DNA of 63,095 nucleotides, the filler included, from Sphacelaria rigidula (Eukaryota): NCBI GenBank assembly GCA_964200075.2. It is 5 parts of 5 records of this genome, joined end to end, with 100 filler letters (N's around TTAATTAATTAA, not from the genome) between each part and the next. Parts side by side here need not be neighbours in the genome. Positions count along the whole stretch, not along the records: positions 37,920 to 50,457 come from CAXNAA020003653.1; positions 50,558 to 63,095 come from CAXNAA020003654.1; 3 more parts are not named here. One strand, given 5' to 3'. Of this stretch, positions 41,201 to 52,221 are shown one piece after another (position 1 is the first letter of the stretch; every line of letters begins with the position of its first letter). The notes below the pieces were generated by a model, which was given only the letters and a program-made list of their open reading frames with translations, did not search any database and was not told the origin of the DNA. Made by a program: the position numbers and the translations under genes.

Positions 41201-44200
41201 GTGTGTCCTCGTTCGGCGATTCCCAATCGCTCGAGAGATGGACATCATGTCGCCATCACATACCCAAGTTGCCATGTGTCGGCAGGCGGGTTATTGCAGC
41301 ACAGCCCCGGAGACAAGATCGGGGTGCCTACGGTTGTCTCCTGTCTGTGGCGCTGATCAATGCGAAGGTCGATCCTCTCTGCCTCTTTGCTTGGACAGGA
41401 CGCGCGTCTGTGCGCAGTAGAACACGTCGTCGGAAAGCAGGGCGATGTTCCCGTCGCCGCTACTGTTCGCACACACACAGACATGCGAGCAAGGACGGTT
41501 GCGCCGTTTCGCCAATATCTAATGATCGTAAGCGCGCGGGGGGGGAGGGGTGTTATTGTAATCGTAGATCCCATCCGGCGTCTGCAAAACAAGGATAATA
41601 GTCTGCCACATCGCAGTTGGGGAGATTGTACGAGAGATCAAACACTCGTATAGATCTTCGTGGCATGCGGAGTGAAAAAATGATAACTCTGGGAGTGACT
41701 CGGCTCTTGGCATCCCCTAATCTGATCTTTTCTGCGTACAAACCGCCGCGTGCTCAGCGGGGTGTGTTTTGTGTCGGTGTCCGTTGCAAAAAATTGTATT
41801 GTGAGGAGAGTCATCCTAAGCTGAGGCGAGAGATGGTTAGGAACAGAGGTGTTCTATGATTAACCACCTGTCACTGCATTCGTGACCCACGCCGTTGAGC
41901 GCTGACCAGAAGGTCTTGCCTGACAAGAGCTTTCGAGCGACGTCCAGACAGGAGTCGGCAGTACGTCAAGCCCGGATGACTACTGAAATTTTGTTGCTGC
42001 ATGTACTCACTACCTGTAGCAATTCGATTGTACAAGCTTTTTGACGAAGGAGGGCAATCATACTAGACTCTCAATCCGTTGAATCAAAACGGCTCTCGCA
42101 AGCTAGGGGAAAGTGCAAGATTTGGGTCCGGCCAGACCTTCGAGGACATGATCGAATGGTTCCACCAAACGTTTCTGAAATTTCCATAGAGCGAGTAGTA
42201 TAGAACCGAACTGAAGTGGACCCGTTAATGTTCGAAATTGAATTTTTCTCCTAGGAAATGCTCCAAGAGTTGAAAAGGGGGAGTTTCATTCGAAGAAACG
42301 TCTCGGGGCCCGGCAATGTTTCTTGAAGCTTGCAAAAACGGTAGCATCGTTTTTTTATACCTGACGGGAGCGGGGGGAATGCGCATTCTGGCAGCTCATG
42401 TAGCTCTCATGGCTCACTCAACGCATTCATGCGTAGCTCTCATAGCTCTCATAGCTCACCCAGCGAATGCATATGCGGATGAGCTACACTCGATAGCTCG
42501 CCAAAGGCAAACACGTGTAGCTCACGCAGCTCTTTTAGTAGCTCACCCGGGGAAACATGAGTGATGGATGAGCTACGCCCGATAGCTCACACCGGGAACA
42601 CACGCTCGTAGCTCACTCGCGTCATGTGCCTAGCTCGCCGCTGGTAAACCCGGTGTCGCTCATGATATTACATTCTTGTTCGAACGGATGGTGTAACATG
42701 TCATCAGGTTGTGGTGTTCTACTTCGCTACTCGCAATGGGAAGAAGAGAAGGTGACACAAATCCTCGTTCGCATGGTCGAATGGTTCATAACATGATCGA
42801 AATTCGGTGTCTTGAATGATCGACCAATTCATTTCTTTGATGGCTTGGCCGCGAGGGTACGAGTCCATCTGATCATGCATTATTTTTTCAAGTGATATTG
42901 AAGCCGATTCAACAGATGACCTGTGCTCGCCGTCAAACGGTTTATCCTTCGATCGCGAGGGTTGGCGATCTGATAATTCAGCATAATTTGTAAAATTTTT
43001 CGGGTGCGAAAAATGCCGAGTCAACAGATCGCCTACCCTCGCGGTCAAAGTGCTGAGCAGTTGAATATTGTACGTGTGTTCACTTATTCCTCCACATCGA
43101 TCGTCTGTTGCGGAAGATCCGGATCCACGGCATCATTTCCGAGTGAAGCGCCGCTAGAGCTGCTGTCCCCGGCGGTCGCCATGGAGGGCGGTTTGTGTGT
43201 GTCTGTGGTTATGTGTGGGTGTGGTGGCTACAGTGCGGACAACTCCTGATGCGGTCATGTTGATGTTTACAAGAAGCAAATCTATCGTTGCACAAAACAC
43301 AACACAGGTATGTACACATGTAACCGTTTTCACGTATCAATGTGCATGAGCATCGGAACAGAAACAACTCCAAAATCGGCGTAGCTCATGTGACTTTCAT
43401 AGCTCATCGAGGGCTAACATGCGTAGCTGACGTAGCTCTCATAGCTTACCCAAGGCAAACACGCGCGGATGAGCTACGTCCGGTAGCTCATCCAGGGCAA
43501 TTATGGGGAGTTCACCTAGCTCTCATAGCTGATCCAGGGCAAACATGCACGGATGAGCTACGTCCGGTAGCTCACGCAAAGCAATTCTGCGTAGCTCACC
43601 TAGCTCTCATAGCCGAGGGCAAACATGTGTAGCTGATGTAGCTGATATAGCTTACCCAGGACAAACATGCATAGCTCATCCAGCTCTCATCTTTCGCCCA
43701 GGGCGAATATAAGCTGATGAGCTTCGAGTTGGTAGTTCCCCCACGGCAAACATGCGTAGCTCATGCAGCTCTCATAGCTCACTCAGGGCGAATATGAGCT
43801 AATGAGCTACGGATTGGTTGCTCACTTAAGGCAAACATGCTTAGCTCATGTTGCTTTCACAGCTCACTCAGGGAGCTACGCTAAAAAAAAAGCTAGCTCG
43901 AGCTATAGGGATCTGATCTGTTCGACGTGTGAGTTTGTTCATGTAAGGATCCGTACGTGTGGGACCAGTGCAGCCGTTGTTTCATTGTCCTAGCACTACT
44001 GTGTGCGCCACAACGTGGCCGAGGTACGACTTGAAACATGGCGCTCGAAAGTTGGCAAACCTTGCCTCGAACAGACCGCTTTTTTTATTCGTAATGCAGA
44101 AATTCATACTGCACTTCACGTACGAGGACCGGCCAAGGCTCTGTCGCCACAGTGCGCAGGCTACGCGAGGCTCAAATTTTCGGATTCCGGGGTGAAATTC

Positions 44201-45341
44201 TGACATCAGAGAAACAATACGTAAGCCTACCGTGCCACTGTTGTTTAATTTTATATATATATATATATATACATTTATTGCCCGAACTTCGCGTTTATGG
44301 TCTTTTTTCAAATTCCTGAAAGTAAGCGAGAAATTTGATGAATAAAATTAGACAGCAGGGACACGGTAGGACTGAGTGCGGTTTCTCTGATGTCAGAGGT
44401 TTCAGTCCGAGATTCGAGAAATTGCGTGAAAAAAGTGCCCCGGTGTTCTGGTGGACAGACTGTCGCTGTCAGGATGGGGTGAATTTGGTTTAGATTCCCA
44501 CGAGATCCGCTGTTTTTTCTTCGAGATGTGTGATTTCCCCCGTCAAAAGTGTGAGGACGTCAGGAGAGACGGGTTGATCGCTTGAGACCACGTACTCGTC
44601 CCGAGAGAGGAGAAAGGTTTGGAGTGTGAAGGGAAAAAGCCGTGTGCCGATAGTATACTAGGTTAACTACAGGACATGTCCAACTATTCGGCAGGTGGAA
44701 GGTGCCGGCGATTCTGCCACGTATGATGGCTATGATGGCACAGTGGAGTATCTTGACATCTGCGCAGCGTGAGGGTACCCACTGGGTCGGCGATGTCCGC
44801 ATGGACGAGTCCCACATTCCCACCAGTTTGCGTTGTACTTTCTGTAGAGTACTACACGTGGCACTTCCCTTGGCTGCCACGCCTCCTTTCGGACCAATAA
44901 TATCCTGGGACCTCTCTGGTGCCGAACCCGGCGCAACATACTTGCGCAAGTTGCAAACAGAATGATACTCTGCAGAGGATAGTGGAGGCAGTTTTTCCAC
45001 ATACCACGACAGCTTTGATGAGACGATAAGGTTGCCACAGTCATTGTTCCGAAACGAGGCGTGGTACCCGAGGGGGGTGCTACGTGTAGTGAAGAAAGTA
45101 CAACGCACGTGGTGGGCGTGTGGGACTCGTGTATGCGGATGCCGCCTACCCAGCGGGTAACCTCACGCTGCGCAGACGTCAATATTTTTTCTCGTTCCAT
45201 CGTTGCTATCATAAGTGGCAGAATCGCCAGCACATTCCTCCTTCCGAACATTTGAGCACCTGCCGTACTTGACCGTGTATTATCGAGACCCAAACTTATT
45301 TTTCTTCACACTCCATCGGCATTTTTTTTTTCACACCCTAT

Positions 45342-45379
<38 letters not shown>

Positions 45380-48300
45380 ACGCGCTCTGTCTGTTCGACC
45401 CCAGCCCCCCGCCCCCCCCCCTCTNNNNNNNNNNCTTATTTCTCTTCCCCCTCCATCGGCATTTTTTTTTTCACACCCTATCCCCCCCCCCCCCCCCCCC
45501 CCCTCCTCGGAACGAGTCCGTGGTCTTGCGGGATCAACCAATCTCTCCTCACGTCCTCACGTTTTCGACGCCGGACATGACATATTTCGAAGGGGGGAAA
45601 AAATCCATGAGGCGGGAATCGAACCCACGTTCTTTGCACCCTGATGGTGACATGACAGTCTGACCACTAGACCGCGGTTCGCCCTGACTTGACCCATCAT
45701 ATTTTGGGCAAACGACTAATGCCGAGATAGCCCCCCCACGAAAAGTGCACCGGAGACCGTCTGACAAACCGGCTGCGATTACATCATTGGGCTCGTTTGC
45801 AGCAATTGTGCCCACATGAGAGGCGTGTAGCAGTCCGCAATCAGCTGTAACGCCCGAATGAGTCGCGTTTTGCAGCACGAAACCAGCTCTAACGGCAAGC
45901 ATAATCATTGCCCCCATGCACATTTTTGCCCGGCTCGGCGGGGCCTGTCTTGGCAGCAGTCAAACGACCTTTTCGTTTGTATGAACACAATGAAGTACAT
46001 CGAGAGCTGTCGGAGCTCACGCGTGGCGATCTCCCGACCGTGTGGATATGTTTACTTTGCGATACGTTGCCGCGGTTCTCGATATGTGTTCCTTGAGAGA
46101 AATTTCCATTTTAACGGCCGGCCCCACTCGTACAGTGAGGCACTGTTCTTGTTTCTACAGAGAAGAATGTCCATCGTTGAGACGAAGAAATTGTCTTGTG
46201 AGAGTTACGCAGCGAGGGAATATCGGCTTATATGAAGCGTCGTTCCATTCAAACATCCAAGACTTCAGTCAGTACGTGTATTTCCATTTTCAAAAAAAAA
46301 ATGCGCATCTATAATATACAATTATTTACGGTCAAAAGTCGAAATCATGGATGGAAACGAAATTATCTGAGCAACCACGTGGCTTTTCAAATGTATTTTT
46401 TTTCTCGAGAAATAAATGTAATCAGATATAGATACCGCCACATGAAATGCAAATTTTCCAACGAGTGTCTGTAGAAGACTCAGTTATCCTTACACAGGGG
46501 CGACGCCGGTAAATGACCCTGTCCGCTTCTTCAACGGGAGGTCCCAAGTTCGAGTCCCGGCCCCGATCACCACGACGAGTTGAAATTTCCCTGGAAGTTG
46601 AGCGAGCAGCAAGAGGTCGTGAAATTGGGGGTCCACGTGAAAATTGTTGACGGAGAAGTAGGCAGAGTTTCACAAGCTCACGGACAAGTCCTCAGCGGAG
46701 ATTTGTTGGCCTGGCAACCAACCCAACACAGCAAGGATATCTCAACGGTTGGCCCGTGAAAATCGTTACTGTTCATAAATCTATTCTAGTCAAAGGACGC
46801 ACGGAGGGGCTCATGGACAGCGGGTTGGTGTGGATACTGCTACTACGTAAGACGGGAAACATTAAGACGGGAAATATTCCAAGAGCGTGTCGGGCAGAGC
46901 ATACCCGATATTTTCGTATTTTGAAAATTCACACATCACCGGCCTTCGTCCGTCACGATGACTTGTATGGACTTAAGAGGGTGTACTCATGATCATGCAT
47001 GCCATAGTCATCGGGCCATTGACCTCGCATCCCTGCAAANNNNNNNNNNGCTGCACCCTGCTAAGATTGTTCGGCTCGAAGCCTACTGATTATCTTGCAT
47101 TTGGATGACAGCCCCCAATTGGTTGCTTTATTATCTGGTATCTCCACTTCCAGATACAGCACCGGCTTATACACGGTCTCATGGGTGTCTCACCAACTGA
47201 CTTTAGAGGGGGGAACAACAACCCTAGGCTGGCTGCTGCGCCGTGGCATGGGTGAGATCTCCACTTTCCAAAGCACCAAAATATTGGGTATACCGTACTC
47301 GACAGGCCCTTCAAAACATTTCTACGGGCATTTCCTGAGGATTCATTACCTTTTTACAAGGACCTATATTGAGGGAGTACAGGTGACCCACTATTCCACG
47401 CACACCGCACATGGTGTAGTGACGGAGCCTTCGCTTGTTGACACCTAGCGGGTGCGCTCGCGCGTCGTTCTGAAACCCTCAAGACTCAGCAATGCCTCCT
47501 GCTTAGCATGAGACTGCGGGTTGTTCAGCCGGGGCAAGATGTAGAGGAGGGGAACCAAAATAAGATAGCCGACATCGAAAGGCTGAAAACGGAGCTTACG
47601 GACGTATATCTCTCGCGTGTTTTCACTGACCGGAGCCAAAAATGCCTGCGGCGGTTTTATCGGAAATGATCACTCGCTTCCCACGTGCCGTAACCAAACG
47701 TCTTGTTTAGCCTGCCTTTTTTTTCCTACCCACATCGGTTGGTTGCAGAGTTCGCATACGGAGTGCTGCCTATGCTGGCGGAGCAGACATCCACGCAGTT
47801 GAGTGTTTCCCTGACGAGTGGGCTCGTGGCGGGAGTTTGCGCTGCTATCGTTTCTCAGCCAGGTGAGATTTTGCCGTCCTGTAGAAGTTGTCTACTTTGT
47901 TCGCTTAATTCCATAGGCGAAATATTTTCCCGCATCCGCAATATTCGATGCTATAGGGACCGCGGGAGCTATTTGAGGGTGTTTCTGTTTCTCGCTGGAA
48001 CGAGCTTTTTCTTAGTTGGTCGATTGCTTTGGAACCGGTGTGGTAATATGCCAGTCTCCTGTGACTCTTTGGCGCATTCGGAATGCTGTAGGGTACACAG
48101 CTATCAAACTCTAATTCCTGTTCGGAATATAACCTCATGTTCGTAAGTTCTGCACCATATGTTTTCCTTGTTTCCGCAAGAGTCTGCTGTGACCCGCCTC
48201 GGCGTATCAATTGAAAGAGATCCCCGTCAAATGTATTGCCATGCAAAAATGTATCTCACTGAACATGCAGTTTGCTGTGCAGAAAACGCCCCCTGTGGCT

Positions 48301-48824
48301 TTTTGCGGCTTGGCAAGACGTACTTCATGCATCCGTCTGACACGGTATAGGGTAAAGTAGTTTGGGTTTTATCTTGCTCCGCGAGTAGACCCTGCAATAT
48401 TCGACGTACTGGTTTGAATATGTCTTGTTTACGGCACCAACGATCTTCGTACACGCCTCAACGCGATACATCCTGACTCGCGCCCTTCCTCCCCCGTTTC
48501 CCTCTAATCACATTCTTTGCGTTTCCTGCATTGGATCTGGTTGTTCGTTCCGCTGTTCGCTGCCGAAAACAAAAAAAAGCTGACACGGTGTTGAGCGTCA
48601 TGAACAGGGATCCCGGACGCGCATCGATCCTGGGAACGCTCCGCAAGATCATAGAAGAGCAAGGCATTGGGGGACTGTTCTTGGGACTGCAGAGCCGAAT
48701 TGTTTGGTCTGGGGCGATTATATCCGGGCAGTTTTTGTTGTACGATGTTTGCAAGACGGCGTTGCACGTCTCCGCAGATGACTTGAAGGTTTTTCTTGAT
48801 GTTGTCGCTAGCGTAGAACTCTGA
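38289..48824 (+). CDS. Mitochondrial carrier family protein, phosphate carrier-like (SLC25A3/MIR1 type); 5' exon(s) missing
   Basis: Phase-consistent exons 38289-38459, 38991-39203, 39816-39987, 47749-47862, 48580-48824. Three carrier signatures: PLDVVKTRLQ, PAEAVRIRQ, PADTVLSVMN. Phosphate-carrier hallmarks: CTTTH, GPTLVGYS, RQISFGMMKF, AIVSQPAD. Confidence 0.95.
42390..42665. repeat. Degenerate TAGCTCA-rich tandem array (left block)
   Basis: Repeated TAGCTCA and GATGAGCTAC motifs; same unit family as 43380-43910. Confidence 0.8.
43380..43910. repeat. ~42-bp tandem array (~12 units, two alternating unit types)
   Basis: Constant half TAGCTCACCCAGGGCAAACATGC followed by either GTAGCTCA.GTAGCTCTC or GGATGAGCTACGTCCG; 14-aa period in ORF 43342-43632. 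Confidence 0.88.
44175..44421. mobile_element. Small foldback/MITE with ~75-bp inverted arms
   Basis: TCTGACATCAGAGAAAC..CCTACCGTG..CTGTTGTTTAATTTTA versus TAAAATTAGACAGCAG..CACGGTAGG..GTTTCTCTGATGTCAGA. Confidence 0.75.
44437..44900 (+). mobile_element. tRNA-derived SINE-like copy (left member of an inverted pair)
   Basis: Degenerate A/B boxes (TCTGGTGG..GGTTTAGATTCCC); colinear with the reverse complement of 45040-45684. Confidence 0.65.
45040..45684 (-). mobile_element. tRNA-derived SINE-like copy (right member of an inverted pair)
   Basis: Minus-strand head GGTCTAGTGG...GGGTTCGATTCCCG. Peptides 44702-44965(+) and 44730-45293(-) match each other. Confidence 0.7.
45714..45961. mobile_element. 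248-bp MITE, same family as 32264-32510, 4-bp TSD AAAC
   Basis: AAAC-GACTAATGCCGAGATAGCCCCCC...TGGCAGCAGTC-AAAC. Confidence 0.92.
46497..46600 (+). mobile_element. tRNA-like SINE head
   Basis: Box B GTTCGAGTCCC at ~46547; no complete cloverleaf. Confidence 0.4.
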
Positions 48825-50457
48825 GACGCGTAATTTTGGTGAAGGATGGCAAAACGGGTAGCAACCATGTTATTTGCTGTTGCTGTTGTGTATGTGTTGA
48901 GTATGCATGCTGCTGCAACCGCTGCTGCTCATGATTTCGATCGTCGCTCAATCAGTAGTTTGTATAGGAGCGGAGCGTCTCCCCTTCACTCGTGGGTACA
49001 TTGACAGTCAGTGCGTCAAACATTTTGCTTATATATGTGTGCTATTGTACATCGTGGGGAGCGCCGCAATTCTGTATTTGAGTTGAAGAAGCTGTCTTCA
49101 TTTCGATATGACCACGCTCTGACACTTTTGTTTTTATTTCATGGGCCTGCTTTGTCAGGCCTCTTTTGGAAATGGAAGCAAAGCGTGCAGCACACGATTT
49201 TGTCGGTTCCTCCCTCATTCCGTAGAGCGGTACCGTTGATGGATTGCGCAACTGACATTCATATGCAGAGACCATGGATGTAACATCGGGGAGGGTGAGA
49301 AATAGAGGCGAGAAGAGAAGCGAGTACACAAGCGGGTATATATTTTTCATTCTTGCACTGCTTCCCGCTTTTCCCTTCCGGCAAAAGTTTGGCATTGCTT
49401 TTTATCCTCGAGGGGATCATGATGTTGACAATCTCCAAACGCAAGGGACAGCGTGGTGCAGCGAAGACAGTGGCTAGTATACCATTTTAATAATTGTTGG
49501 AGTGGGAAAATCGCTTCGAGGCATCCCGCTATTACGAGCAGGACATACTTTCGATTCACCCGTCACTTCCTTGCTGTTACCATTTGTTTTTAGGGCGCAT
49601 TTCTTGTGTCGGCCAGACGAGGGTATTTTTCTTGACTGGGCGCGCCCCAAAAATCGTACAGCAGTAGTAGACTCTTGATCTTGAGGGTGCTCCGTTCCGT
49701 CGGGCGAGGTCAAATTAGAAAAAAATTTAACAGATCTGTCCGAATATGTTGGAGAAGTATCTTTCTACTTTCACGGCCAGCTATGTGCGGTGTTTTCGTC
49801 ATGAGCGGGGGAAGAGGTTTTACTTCGTTTCTCAGACTGTTGTGAGTGTGGTGAAACAACGAGCAAAAGGAAGGGCAACCAACCATGAATCATCCCTCAC
49901 TCGGGCCCGATGTTTAGTGTTGTATGTATTGTTGTAGATGGTGCAAACGAACCAACTCAAGTCACTGGGTATTGTCTGGAGACGAAACGACGTCGGGCGC
50001 AGTGAAGTTCGCGTGTTGGACTTGTTGTACGTGGCGGCAGTTATCATGCACCCCGAATTATACGCATAAAGTATCAATCAAATAAAACTGCCATGATGAA
50101 TGTATGGTGTCTCGGGGAGTGAGCTGAAGGCGGGTTTTATCAGCCTGTACGATCATAAATGCATCACACCTGAACTGAACTGCACAGCTCAGTTTGGTTG
50201 GTTTATCTCAACTTTTATTGTCGACCTTTTGTTTAGTAGGTTACGGTATATTTCCTGAAACGAGCTGCAGGCAGTTGTGTGTGGTTGGTTGATGCCGAAC
50301 TGACCTCATCGTGGCAGCTACTGTAAAAAAATGGAAGTAAATGCCCTTCCTCATTTATTCGTGTGTTTCTGGGGTCTGCCTCCGCCTTGAAACAGCCGAT
50401 CATCTATGTTGAGGATGGTGCTTTTCATTGAGGATGAGAACCCGGAGGATTAAAATC

Positions 50458-50557
50458 NNNNNNNNNNNNNNNNNNNNNNNNNNNNNNNNNNNNNNNNNNN
50501 NTTAATTAATTAANNNNNNNNNNNNNNNNNNNNNNNNNNNNNNNNNNNNNNNNNNNN
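50458..50557. other. Artificial contig spacer
   Basis: N44-TTAATTAATTAA-N44. Confidence 0.98.
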
Positions 50558-52221
50558 ATTCGTCTGGTATGATACTGCAATGACCCGAAAGATATCGTAC
50601 AATATCCCGAAGGATATCTGCTACTGTAGAAATGACCAAAACACGAACAGGCGCTTCGCGCTTGGTGACTGCAAGCCCGAAGCGGCGAAAACCCTGTGAT
50701 ACTACGATAGGGAAGGGAAGGTATTTGATGCCACGAAAAACAGGAGCTCACAGGTGTCACACTTCTCAAGTACTCGCGGTGCGTTTGTATTTGGGTGAAA
50801 ACGGTATAAACTGGCATGAATGTGTGTCATTGGTGACAAACGCGTTCGAACAGATGTAGCTGCTTTCGACGATGATTTGAGATGGAAACTACTGGAAAAA
50901 ATGACCGAATCCCTCCCCCTCCTCCCCATCGTCAGATGCGAAGCCAATGATCTCATGACTGCGGTATGCACGATCGTGAGTGCAAACCCTTCCCTCATTA
51001 GAGGATGAGGCTTGAGTCCGACAGTAGTGAAACGAACCAGGGCCCAAATCACAGTCTCGTGACGGAGGGGTTGAAGAAGTCGCAGCAGTGTTTGTGCCCC
51101 ACCCCTCGTACCGCCTGTGTAGTGCTATAACGTCGAGACGTTTTGCCTGGATGCTGTACATGTGAGTACATGTGAGTCGAGTCACTCGTGAAACGGGACA
51201 ACAGCACCATGATGGGACTTATTTTCGAGAAAAACATTGCATTGCTCGCAGTATACTTTCACCTCAGCTGCACCCCTCAGCGATAAGAATGCCTACTGAC
51301 GCAAGACGATCTCATCACGGGTAGCTTTGAAACCGCAGTAGCCCCTTTCACCGCACATCAACAACCTTGTAGTTCTAATATATCTGAAGGTTAAGACGAA
51401 AACAAGAAATAACGCTAGGCTACGTACGATCGAGCAGCAAGCAGTCTCGAGATGGAATCACTGGCAGTCTCCTGCCGCATGGCTAAGCTAGCTAAGCTAC
51501 GAATAGGAACACTGTACAGTACTGTACAACAACAACACAAAGTACGAGAAAGCTAACCGAAAAACAAAAACATGGACGATTTGAACGGACTATTCCGTAG
51601 TCATGGTGTGGATCCGACGCAACCCCAAAGCTTCTGCTATTATGAACACGATGAGAAGCATGTCAGGCGAACTCTCTTATAATATTGAAAATGTACAGTT
51701 TTTCTAGCGAAATCCCCCCAAAACGGACAAATTTAACCAGCTAAAAAAAGCCCACAATACCATCTGAACAACTCACTCGATAGTCATGGCCACGATTACA
51801 ACTGGAAATGTCCCGAAGAAGGAAGGGCCTATTAATACTGTGCCGCACTGTGCCGGGGCAACTGATTACCTTCCCCACCCCGTAGCAAGGTGTTCAGCAC
51901 GCCAATAGTGACCAGGGAGCTAATGCATCCTATACATTACGTCAAGCAATGTAATATCCCACAATATACTCAAGTGATCACCATGACCATAATAGCTCCT
52001 CAAGTGCTAAACAAACCATTAGTGGCGCAGTAGCAACACACTCCACACTGCCGCCAAGTGATGAACTCCCTTTCCCACTACATTCTCGGTATCTAAGGTG
52101 CCATCGAGCACATCACATATCCCAGGATTAAATGTACCTACCCCATGCATACATACCTGTGTACCCCACTTGCAACGCACGCTCAAAAACGCACTATTTT
52201 CAAGCATCTAGTCCGTGGTGG

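Noticed and set aside
43380-43910. CRISPR-like repeat-spacer array
   Set aside because: The variable halves are two recurring types rather than unique spacers, the repeats are degenerate, there are no cas genes, and it sits in a eukaryotic intron
45295-45505. Tandem duplication around short N runs (also 34015-34170)
   Set aside because: The duplicates flank 10-N gaps and poly-C tracts; likely assembly overlap artefacts
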